From assembly GCA_022571885.1 (NCBI GenBank), contig JACZWZ010000003.1:1-47620 (forward strand): a stretch of 47,620 bases of DNA, in the 5' to 3' direction. This DNA is from Acidobacteriota bacterium (lineage in GTDB: Bacteria; Actinomycetota; Acidimicrobiia; Spongiisociales; UBA11373). This document shows positions 27,009-34,496 of the stretch, one piece after another (the stretch's first letter is position 1; every line of letters begins with the position of its first letter). The notes beneath the pieces were generated by a model. The model was not told the origin of the DNA and made no database searches. It saw only the letters and a program-made list of their open reading frames with translations. A program made the translations under genes and the position numbers.

Positions 27009-27302
27009 ATGGGTCAGCCGATAACCGTGTTGAGTACCACCGTGGAAGCCGGGGTGGTTGCGTTCCACACCGATCGTGCCATAACCGGCCAGGACGGCGC
27101 CCGGTTCTCCTCCGGCGACGACGCGGCCGAGGCCGGAACGATCCCGGGCGCCCTTGCCTCGAAGCTCTTCACGGCCGACGAGGCGATCAACCATGTGTTC
27201 ATCGCCTCGAATCAAGTCGTCGTCGGGCGCGCCGACGGCTGGGATGAAGCATCGCTGGCGATGGCCGCCGAGATGGTCACCACGTTCTTCGTCTTCTATT
27301 AG
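27009..27302 (+). CDS. Small protein resembling the Nfu/NifU N-terminal domain
   Basis: 97 aa. LASKLFTADEAINHVFIASNQVVVGRADGWDEASLAMAAEMVTTFF parallels the Nfu_N pattern (LA..LF...gV..VF.....ItV.K....W). This is from memory, not a search. Confidence 0.45.
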   Translation: MGQPITVLSTTVEAGVVAFHTDRAITGQDGARFSSGDDAAEAGTIPGALASKLFTADEAINHVFIASNQVVVGRADGWDEASLAMAAEMVTTFFVFY

Positions 27303-27337
27303 TCCTTAGAGCCCGTGCCGATAGGTGGCGTGGGATT

Positions 27338-27510
27338 GGTCGAGGCCGTTTCCCGCTTCCAGTTCCCCGTTCCCCGAAATTCAGCCCCAGTAGATGCAGC
27401 CTACGACTGCTCTAGCAACACCATTCGTGAAACGGGAGACGGGAGAGCGTGAGTGTCGCCCTTCGAGTCCAGCGTCGGGCCGACAGGGTGCCACCGGCTC
27501 GCTATCCGCT
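27338..27510 (+). repeat. Dispersed ~170-nt intergenic element, copy C
   Basis: Shared blocks are GGTCGAGGCCGTTTCCCGCTTCCAGTTCCCCGTTCCCCGAA, AGCAACACCATTCGTGAAACGGGAGACGGG and CCAGCGTCGGGCCGACAGGGTGCCACCGGCTCGCTATCCGCT. Confidence 0.85.
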
Positions 27511-27540
27511 GACCCTCTTGGTCCTCGGTCCCGGATCTGA

Positions 27541-27575
27541 CCTCTGACTGGTGACTGGTGACTGGTGACCGGTGA
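27541..27575 (+). repeat. Heptamer array CTGGTGA x3 perfect, flanked by CCTCTGA and CCGGTGA
   Basis: Read directly. It ends 4 nt from the stop of the minus-strand VanW gene. Confidence 0.9.
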
Positions 27576-27579
27576 ATCT

Positions 27580-29604
27580 CTACGCCAGCTCGCCCAGCCT
27601 GACGGTCACTGTGGTTCCCCGGTCTACCCAGGTACCGGGAGGGATGCTCTGTGCTCGCACGGTGTTCTCCGGAGGAGCGGCGACGGGGAACGGCTCGCCG
27701 ATTGCGATCACCAGGCCGACGTTGTTGAGTGCGGTTGTCGCGTCCGGCTGGCTGAGGTTTCCCACCAACGGAACCTGCACCGGACATTCGATCGAGGCGT
27801 CGTACTGGATGTGGTCTTCCGGTAGCTCGCATGGGTGAACCTCATAGATGATCGAGTGAGGGACATAGGTCCAGCTCCATACGTCTACCTCCTGGGTGCC
27901 GTCGGCGAAGGTAATGGTCCTGGTGTCGGTCGCACTGAAACCCGGCGTACCCTCGTCGGTGAGCTCCTTGTCGCCTGGATTGAGATCCTGGTTCGGCTTC
28001 AGGTACTCCTCGGGATCGGTGAAGTTGAACTTGGATGAGATGGCCCCTTCGATTTCGGCCCCCTCCAGGTCGCCGAACATCGTCACCGTGATTCGAGTGT
28101 CGGTGGCTTCGGTCTTGATGTAGATCGCGTGGTTGGTGGAGTTCTTGAATTCCACATCGGGGTCCGGGAATCCGAGCGTCGCTTCTCGTACCACCGGGTA
28201 TCTAGAGAACGAAAGCGTATGCGGCTTGTGAAACACGTCTTCGAGCCCCGACCAGTACACCGCATTCCACAGGGTGGTTGCGAACTGGCTCACGCCGCCT
28301 CCGATGTTGGCAGGGTGGTCGCAGCAGTACACCACCGGGCCGATGATGGCGCCGGCCTTCCGGTAGCCATCCTCGAGCGTTCGCTTGCCGACGTGATCGT
28401 TGAGGCTGAAGGTCTCGCCGGGGAGGATGATCGCTCCGTCGACCTCTGCTGCGATCCGCTTGATGTTGATGATCCGGTTCAGGTTCTTCGTGTCACCGCA
28501 GCACGAGTAGTAGGTCTCGGCTGAGTAGAGCAGGTCTCGGATTCCCAGCGCCTCGGCGTCCTCCGTACTGAAGTCCGCCTCGCGTCCCTCCCGGATCGGC
28601 AGCGGTGCGGTCCGAGTCACCGATGTGGCCGCTCGGTACACCGCATCTGGAAGCTTGCCGTCGTCGATGAGAAGGGCGTTGTATCCGGGAAGGATCAGAG
28701 GAATGTCGTCGGGTCGGATGACCACCTGGGCATCGATCGGGTCGGTTTCTACTTCCTGGCGGATCGGGTTGAGATATCGGGCCAACGGGCCGAGCTGGAA
28801 GAACAACTCGATTTCCGGTGCGAGCGCGGTCCCCACCTGGCGGCTCGATAGTGCCTCGGCCAATACGCTCACCGGGAAGGTGACCGACGCCTCGGGCAGA
28901 ATTCGGCCGAGTGTTATCGGACGTGCGACGAGTTCCTCGGCCCGCTCGACCGCGAGATCTACCAGCTCTTTGGTCACGATCGGAACCCGGAACTCGGTGA
29001 CGCCGCTGACGGTGCCTCGATCCTGTGCGAGGACTTGCGCTTCGATGAGGTCGGCGGTGGCCTCGTAGTCGAGTCCGGTTCCCGGTTGGGGATAGATGGC
29101 GGTGACCTCGGTGCCGGTGACGCTGATTCCACCGTCGGTGGGAGGGTTGTTGATCGCCTGTGGCTCCCAGCTCTTGAGAATGAGGATGAGAGCTTGGCGG
29201 TCAAAGGTGGGTTCGAATGAGATGTCCTTGGAGCCCTCGCCGAAGTGGCCCAGCCACCACCCCATCTCGCTCATGAAGCCTCCGTCGCGACCCCGGGCGA
29301 GGGCCTCATCGAGGATGGCCGCGGTATCGATGTAATAACTGAGTTCGCTGGGGAGCAAGGTGAATGTCGCGTCTTCGATGACGACCCTGATTGGATCACT
29401 CGCCAATCGTGCTTCGACCCCATCGATGACGGCGATCGCTGCCTGCTCGTCGAGTCCGCCGAGGTCGACACCGGCAACCGTTACGCGGCCTAATACCTCA
29501 CCGTCGTTGCTCGCACGGTCCATGGCGAACACGGCCGAAACCCACAGCAGCAACGCGGTGGGTATGGCGGCAGCGATGATCGCGATTCGCAGGCTTGGAG
29601 GCAT
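27580..29604 (-). CDS. VanW domain protein with N-terminal TM anchor and C-terminal PASTA domain
   Basis: Starts at MPPSLRIAIIAAAIPTALLLWVSAVF. The VanW-like core is GYRKAGAIIGPVVYCCDHPANIGGGVSQFATTLWNAVYWSG. The C-terminal sequence VPLVGNLSQPDATTALNNVGLVIAIGE...PGTWVDRGTTVTVRLG is PASTA-like. Confidence 0.7.
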   Translation of the reverse strand: MPPSLRIAIIAAAIPTALLLWVSAVFAMDRASNDGEVLGRVTVAGVDLGGLDEQAAIAVIDGVEARLASDPIRVVIEDATFTLLPSELSYYIDTAAILDEALARGRDGGFMSEMGWWLGHFGEGSKDISFEPTFDRQALILILKSWEPQAINNPPTDGGISVTGTEVTAIYPQPGTGLDYEATADLIEAQVLAQDRGTVSGVTEFRVPIVTKELVDLAVERAEELVARPITLGRILPEASVTFPVSVLAEALSSRQVGTALAPEIELFFQLGPLARYLNPIRQEVETDPIDAQVVIRPDDIPLILPGYNALLIDDGKLPDAVYRAATSVTRTAPLPIREGREADFSTEDAEALGIRDLLYSAETYYSCCGDTKNLNRIINIKRIAAEVDGAIILPGETFSLNDHVGKRTLEDGYRKAGAIIGPVVYCCDHPANIGGGVSQFATTLWNAVYWSGLEDVFHKPHTLSFSRYPVVREATLGFPDPDVEFKNSTNHAIYIKTEATDTRITVTMFGDLEGAEIEGAISSKFNFTDPEEYLKPNQDLNPGDKELTDEGTPGFSATDTRTITFADGTQEVDVWSWTYVPHSIIYEVHPCELPEDHIQYDASIECPVQVPLVGNLSQPDATTALNNVGLVIAIGEPFPVAAPPENTVRAQSIPPGTWVDRGTTVTVRLGELA

Positions 29605-29739
29605 CGAACTCGTGGAGGGGAGATGGAGTGCGGGATTGTAACGGGGGCTGAATTTTGAGAGTCGGCTTTTCGTCTCTCCTCCGAGTTGGTGCAAACGGCA
29701 GGAGCTGAGTGCCATCAGCACGTCCTAGGCTCGGCTCGA

Positions 29740-30525
29740 ATGCCGCTCGATCCTCCCTTTCGCTTTCCGCCGGTAGCCGCCGGCGAGCCGCTGGTGTTGT
29801 CGGCTTCCACATATGTCAGCTTCGAGCGGTGCCCGGAGCAGGCTGCCGGGAGGATGCGTGGGACGTATGGGCCCGAGTCGCGACCTGCTTTCGTCGGCGG
29901 GTTGGCGCACCGGATATTTGCCCGCCATCTGAAGTCGGGCGAAATCGCCGACGCAGATCTCGCATCGGCCTGTCGGGAGGAAATCGGCGGCAGCATGAAC
30001 CAGAAGTTGGCTGCTCTTGGGCTCAAGCCGAGCCAGCTTTCCGCCGTGATCGAAGAGGTGGCGGGTCTGTATCAACGATTCAAGACGCTGCGGACGGAGG
30101 GCTTTGAGGGTGCCGAAGTTGCTCTCGAATCCGAGCCTGCCGATGGTGTTGTTCTGCGCGGCTCGGTCGACGCCGTGTTCGCCGAAGACGGGGGAGTGCG
30201 GTTGGTGGATTGGAAGACCGGAGCCCTCGGTGACCCCGACGCCCAGCTGGCCTTCTACACCTTGCTGTGGGTCATCGAGAAGGACGAGATCCCGGCCCTC
30301 ATCGAGGCGGTCTCAGTCAAGACAGGTGAGCGGAGTGAGACGGTGCCGTCTCGGGCCTTGGTCGATGACACCGCGGTTCGGGTGGCCTCGGCCGTGGATG
30401 CGTTGCGGTCGTCGTGGGATTCCGGCGGGTCTCTCGACCGCATCGCCGGACCCTGGTGCCGATGGTGCCCGCTGCTCGACGAATGCTCTGAGGGCGCGGC
30501 CGCGGTAGATCTACTCGACGGTTAG
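29740..30525 (+). CDS. PD-(D/E)XK nuclease with Cas4/AddB-like Cys cluster
   Basis: One N-terminal Cys (FERCPEQ) plus C-terminal CRWCPLLDEC gives four Cys, the pattern of a 4Fe-4S nuclease. The core motif is GSVDAVF...VRLVDWKTG. Start taken at MPLDPP (29740). Confidence 0.65.
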   Translation: MPLDPPFRFPPVAAGEPLVLSASTYVSFERCPEQAAGRMRGTYGPESRPAFVGGLAHRIFARHLKSGEIADADLASACREEIGGSMNQKLAALGLKPSQLSAVIEEVAGLYQRFKTLRTEGFEGAEVALESEPADGVVLRGSVDAVFAEDGGVRLVDWKTGALGDPDAQLAFYTLLWVIEKDEIPALIEAVSVKTGERSETVPSRALVDDTAVRVASAVDALRSSWDSGGSLDRIAGPWCRWCPLLDECSEGAAAVDLLDG

Positions 30526-31373
30526 CGCTTACGCGTTCCGGGTCGGCCGGCGGCGGAGAAGGGATCTGCCGGGAGGGTCGAAGGGACCGGTGGGCCACCC
30601 GTCAGGTCGATGGTCGTGTCGTCCTCGAACCCGATCGCCAGCAGCCTCGCCAGGGCTGCGGCGGCGTCGGGATCGAATTGGGTTCCTGCGCAACGTCGGA
30701 TCTCGGCGACTGAGATCTCGGCTCCGAGAGCGGCCTCGTATGGCCGGTCGGACGTCATGGCGTCGTACGTGTCTGCCACCTGGACGATGCGAACGATGAT
30801 TGGGAGAGTCCGGGCGTCGATGCCGAACGGGTACCCGACGCCATCCAGGCGCTCGTGATGAGACAGCACCGCGGCTGCCACGTCGCGGTGCACGATGTCG
30901 GCAACCAATCTGTGGCCCTTCTCCGGGTGGGTGCGGATTTGAGCCCACTCGGTCCGGCTCAATCCAGCCGGCTTCCACAACACTGCCTCGGCGACGCCGA
31001 GCTTCCCGATGTCGTGGAGCTGCGCTCCTAGGTAGGCGTGATCGATGGTGGCGGTGTCGAGGCCCATTTCCGCCGCGATGGCTGCAGCCACATGTGCGGT
31101 CCGCTGCCCGTGATCGGCTAGATCGGGGTCACGCAGGCGAATGACCTCGATGAGGCGGGATGCGACCGTTGCCGGTGCATCGGGGTCCCCGTCGAGGGGG
31201 GCGCGTTGGGCGGGGAGGGCGGTCGACATGTCCATGGGTGTGTGCCTGGCGGCAGCGATTGCCAGGTTACGAGTGGGTGCCTTCGGGACCGCGGCTTTCC
31301 GGCGCCACCCGGGTGACCAAGGTAGGTGGCCCAGCGATGTGGCGAGCTTCTCGGCCACAGATCTAACCTCCAC
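30522..31373 (-). CDS. HD-GYP domain protein (probable cyclic-dinucleotide phosphodiesterase)
   Basis: GAQLHDIGKLGV and HHERLDGVGYPFG motifs. The start is uncertain; ATG at 31235 is an alternative. Confidence 0.75.
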   Translation of the reverse strand: MEVRSVAEKLATSLGHLPWSPGWRRKAAVPKAPTRNLAIAAARHTPMDMSTALPAQRAPLDGDPDAPATVASRLIEVIRLRDPDLADHGQRTAHVAAAIAAEMGLDTATIDHAYLGAQLHDIGKLGVAEAVLWKPAGLSRTEWAQIRTHPEKGHRLVADIVHRDVAAAVLSHHERLDGVGYPFGIDARTLPIIVRIVQVADTYDAMTSDRPYEAALGAEISVAEIRRCAGTQFDPDAAAALARLLAIGFEDDTTIDLTGGPPVPSTLPADPFSAAGRPGTRKR

Positions 31374-31425
31374 TTGTGGCGCCGACTCGGCTCCAGGCTC
31401 GCCTCGAATTGGTGACCGCGGTGGA

Positions 31426-32769
31426 TCACTCAGCAGACCTATCGGGTTCGGTACCTCGGCTCAACAGCCGGTCGAGATCGTCGACCTGGGCAAGAACATC
31501 GAGCCGGAGCCCCCCGAGGGTTTCGTGGAGCTTGCCGAGCGATGCCGTGATTGTCGTCACCGAGCGGCGCGCCCCGCTCAATGTTTCGGCCGCCTTGCGG
31601 ATGCGGTCGATTCGGTCTGCGATCGCTCCGGTGTCTAGTTCTGCTCCGGCGCCGGTCGCGTTTGTCGTGGATGCCGCGGCCCATTGCATGGCGATCGACG
31701 TCATCGCTCCGTCACCTTCGTCGACCGTGAGCACTCGATTGCCGTAGACGTTGAAAAGACCTACTTCGGCCGGAAATGCGTCTCGGCCGGCGATGCACAC
31801 CGCCGCATCGGCCCGGCGGTTGGTCATGGCGGCGTCGAGCTCCTCGAGGATCCCACCGGATCCGGCGAGGGTGATCGAGGCGTGCCTCTTGGCCTCGACC
31901 ACGATCCGGAGACCGTCACCGAGGGTGACGACGAAATCTCCGACCTTGGAGGAGGCAGTGAGGGTCCCGACGCTGGTGCTGGTGCGCTCGACGATGCTGC
32001 CCTTAGAGGTGGAAGCCCAACGGCGCAGGTTGGCCTCGACGACGTCTTCGAACTCGAGGCCGTGAGCCGTTCCACGCTCCGCTTCGGTGAGGCGTGCCGT
32101 TTCGGCCGCCCGATCACCGGCGAGATCGTGCCTCAGTTCGTCAAATCGCTCGTCGATCAGGCGGCCCAGCCGGGCGAATGCCGAATCCCCCTCATCCATG
32201 TCGAGGGCGGCGGCGAGCCTGCGTTCCAACGCACCGTCGGGGCCGACGAGGTCGAGGAGCCGCTGGATGAGAACTGTGGCGGCGCTTCCTTCGATTCCGG
32301 GGTCCAGACCGTCGAGGAACTCATCGCGCCACGCAGTGAAATCTGACAGAGCCCTGGCAAGGATGGACGAGCGCTGCTCGGGATCGAACTGCTTGCTGAG
32401 ACTGGCCCGGCTCTCGTCGATGATGGCGCGCACGGTTGCCTGGGCCTCGGTGGTGACCGATTCGAGCACGCGGTGGACCCGGGTATCGATCGCGGTGAGG
32501 TCGATCCCGATGCCCATTGAAGCAACCCCCTGAACTCCGACGCTCATGATTCGGAGTAGCAAATCGGCACGGTCATCGTTGCCGGAAGTGGCGACCATCT
32601 CCACCACGGCGCGATCGGTGACGACGAGGTGCTCGATGATTAGCTGATCGTCATCGAGCAGCACCAGGCCCTTTCCCGGGTCCGGCTCTGGGTCCACCTG
32701 TGGACCCCGTGGCTCTGGGCCCGGTGGCTCTGGGCTCCGAGGATCGATCATGTGGATGCCGGTAGTCAT
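31426..32769 (-). CDS. Hypothetical 447-aa protein with helical N-terminal region and restriction-endonuclease-like motif (DUF2130/RmuC-like pattern)
   Basis: AHGLEFEDVVEANL...KVGDFVVTLGDGLRIVVEAKR fits a G-x-x-F-E ... D ... E-x-K nuclease-fold pattern. The N-terminus is Pro/Glu-rich. The family assignment is not verified. Confidence 0.4.
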   Translation of the reverse strand: MTTGIHMIDPRSPEPPGPEPRGPQVDPEPDPGKGLVLLDDDQLIIEHLVVTDRAVVEMVATSGNDDRADLLLRIMSVGVQGVASMGIGIDLTAIDTRVHRVLESVTTEAQATVRAIIDESRASLSKQFDPEQRSSILARALSDFTAWRDEFLDGLDPGIEGSAATVLIQRLLDLVGPDGALERRLAAALDMDEGDSAFARLGRLIDERFDELRHDLAGDRAAETARLTEAERGTAHGLEFEDVVEANLRRWASTSKGSIVERTSTSVGTLTASSKVGDFVVTLGDGLRIVVEAKRHASITLAGSGGILEELDAAMTNRRADAAVCIAGRDAFPAEVGLFNVYGNRVLTVDEGDGAMTSIAMQWAAASTTNATGAGAELDTGAIADRIDRIRKAAETLSGARRSVTTITASLGKLHETLGGLRLDVLAQVDDLDRLLSRGTEPDRSAE

Positions 32770-32910
32770 GGGCTCAACGTAGGGCCGAGGTGTGACAGGA
32801 ACGAGGGGGCGTCCGTGTCCAGTAGACCTTCTGTATCGGGGGCCGTTCCGTTCCAGGCCGAGCCTTGCTTCAGTGGGTCGACGCGCCTCCCGGACTCACG
32901 TCGGTGTCCC

Positions 32911-33009
32911 GGTCGAGGTTCCCGATTCCCGAATCCCGACGCAGCGGATCTCGATCGGGCATCGGACATCGAGTATCTGGCATCCGGTACCGGGTGTCGG
33001 GAATCGTCC
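32911..33009. repeat. Composite heptamer element (short subfamily): GGTCGAGG + (NTTCCCG)x3, then ATCGGGC-type x8
   Basis: 32918-32938 holds GTTCCCG ATTCCCG AATCCCG. 32954-33009 holds ATCGGGC ATCGGAC ATCGAGT ATCTGGC ATCCGGT ACCGGGT GTCGGGA ATCGTCC. It lies between divergent operons. Confidence 0.9.
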
Positions 33010-33053
33010 CGCCGGTGCGGTGTCGGAGCCGGTGGCGTGCCACAATCCGGACC

Positions 33054-34496
33054 ATGATCGACCACGCTCCGTCACCGGATCAGTTGCTGGGGCTGACCGC
33101 GACTCTGGAGCGACTCGATCTCGGCTCGATCGGTGAGGCGGCCGAGGCCTGTCGTCACAGAGCGGCAATCGCCGCTGGGCAGTATCTCGTGCCCAGGCTC
33201 ACAAGTGAATCCGACACGATTGTGGTCGCCGTAGTCGGTCCGAGCGGCGGAGGGAAGTCCACCATCGTCAACTCACTGGCGCGCCGTCGCATCAGCGAAG
33301 TCGGATCGCTGCGGCCCACTACCGTCGAACCTGTGGCGTGGACGGGTGGAGAAGTCCCACCCACGCTCGATGGCTTGCGAAGTCGGGTTGCAGGTTTCCT
33401 GGTCGATTCGCTTCGCCCGCCTCCCGAGGGCGTGGTCGTCGTCGACACTCCACCGCCCGAAGTCGTTGACGACGCCGGCGTGCCGATCGTTCGGCAGATC
33501 CTCGAGATTGCCGATGCCGTCATCTTCGTTGCGGGAGCCAGCAGGTATGCCGATGCGGGAGGCTTTGCTCTTCTGGGCCTGGCCGCCGAGCGCGGGCTTC
33601 CGACCGTCATGGTGCTCAACCGGCTGCCCGAATCTTCTGAGTCACACCAGGTCGTTGCGGCCGATTTCGCAGCCAAGCTGGCAGCACGTCGACTGCTGCC
33701 GCGCTCCGCGGCAGATCTGGTCATAACCATCGCCGAGGGCATCGTGTCGTCGGACACGGGTGCCCTTGCCCCCGAAATCGTTGCCAGCGTGGCCAAGGAC
33801 CTCGAGGCGATGGCCGATCCGCAGTCGCGGCCCGGCATCATCGCGGCGGCGGTCGCCGGTTCGATCCGCCGGCTGCGGGACGACCTCGCCGTGATCAGGA
33901 CCCACGTCTTCGATCGGGCGACCCGCCGCGTCGAGCTGCTGGATCCAATGAGGGCAATCTATCGGGCGGAGGGGCGCCGTTTGGTGGCAGAGGTGCGCCG
34001 CGGGAAGTTCGCCGGGACCGGCGTCGCCGAATTGGTCGATGGTCTGGCATCGGCAGCCACCCGCCGGGCCGGCCTGGCGGCGCGAACTTCAGCGGAGCTG
34101 TGGCACAAGTCGGAGCCGGCGATCGTCGAATCGGTGCCCGACCTGTTTGGCCACGGTATCGAAACGCTCGAGGTGGCGCATGACCGCCTCGAGTTCTGGC
34201 TCTCGGAACTCGATGATCTGCCGCGGCGCATGTCCCGGCGTCGCCTCGGCGCCCGGAACAGGCGTCGGCTGGCCGAGTCGGTTCGGATCGCTTCGATAGA
34301 CCCGCGTTATGTCCCCGGCCGCAGGGTGGCGCGGCGGCTGGCGAAGATTCCAGGGCTGGTCGAGTCGGCTCGAGACCGGCTGGCCGACGAACTACGAGGG
34401 ATTCTGGAGACGGATTCCCTTCGGTTTGTCGAGCGACTCGGACCGGTCGTCACCGGCCGCGATCTGACCGAACTCTCCGCCGAGGCGTACGAATGA
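33054..34496 (+). CDS. P-loop GTPase, dynamin-like/HSR1-like, with long helical C-terminal region (480 aa)
   Basis: G1 is VVGPSGGGKST and the G3-like motif is VVVVDTPP. The G4 position reads LNRLP, which is degenerate. The C-terminal ~300 aa is Ala/Arg/Leu-rich. ATG at 33054 is the first start after the repeat element. Confidence 0.65.
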   Translation: MIDHAPSPDQLLGLTATLERLDLGSIGEAAEACRHRAAIAAGQYLVPRLTSESDTIVVAVVGPSGGGKSTIVNSLARRRISEVGSLRPTTVEPVAWTGGEVPPTLDGLRSRVAGFLVDSLRPPPEGVVVVDTPPPEVVDDAGVPIVRQILEIADAVIFVAGASRYADAGGFALLGLAAERGLPTVMVLNRLPESSESHQVVAADFAAKLAARRLLPRSAADLVITIAEGIVSSDTGALAPEIVASVAKDLEAMADPQSRPGIIAAAVAGSIRRLRDDLAVIRTHVFDRATRRVELLDPMRAIYRAEGRRLVAEVRRGKFAGTGVAELVDGLASAATRRAGLAARTSAELWHKSEPAIVESVPDLFGHGIETLEVAHDRLEFWLSELDDLPRRMSRRRLGARNRRRLAESVRIASIDPRYVPGRRVARRLAKIPGLVESARDRLADELRGILETDSLRFVERLGPVVTGRDLTELSAEAYE

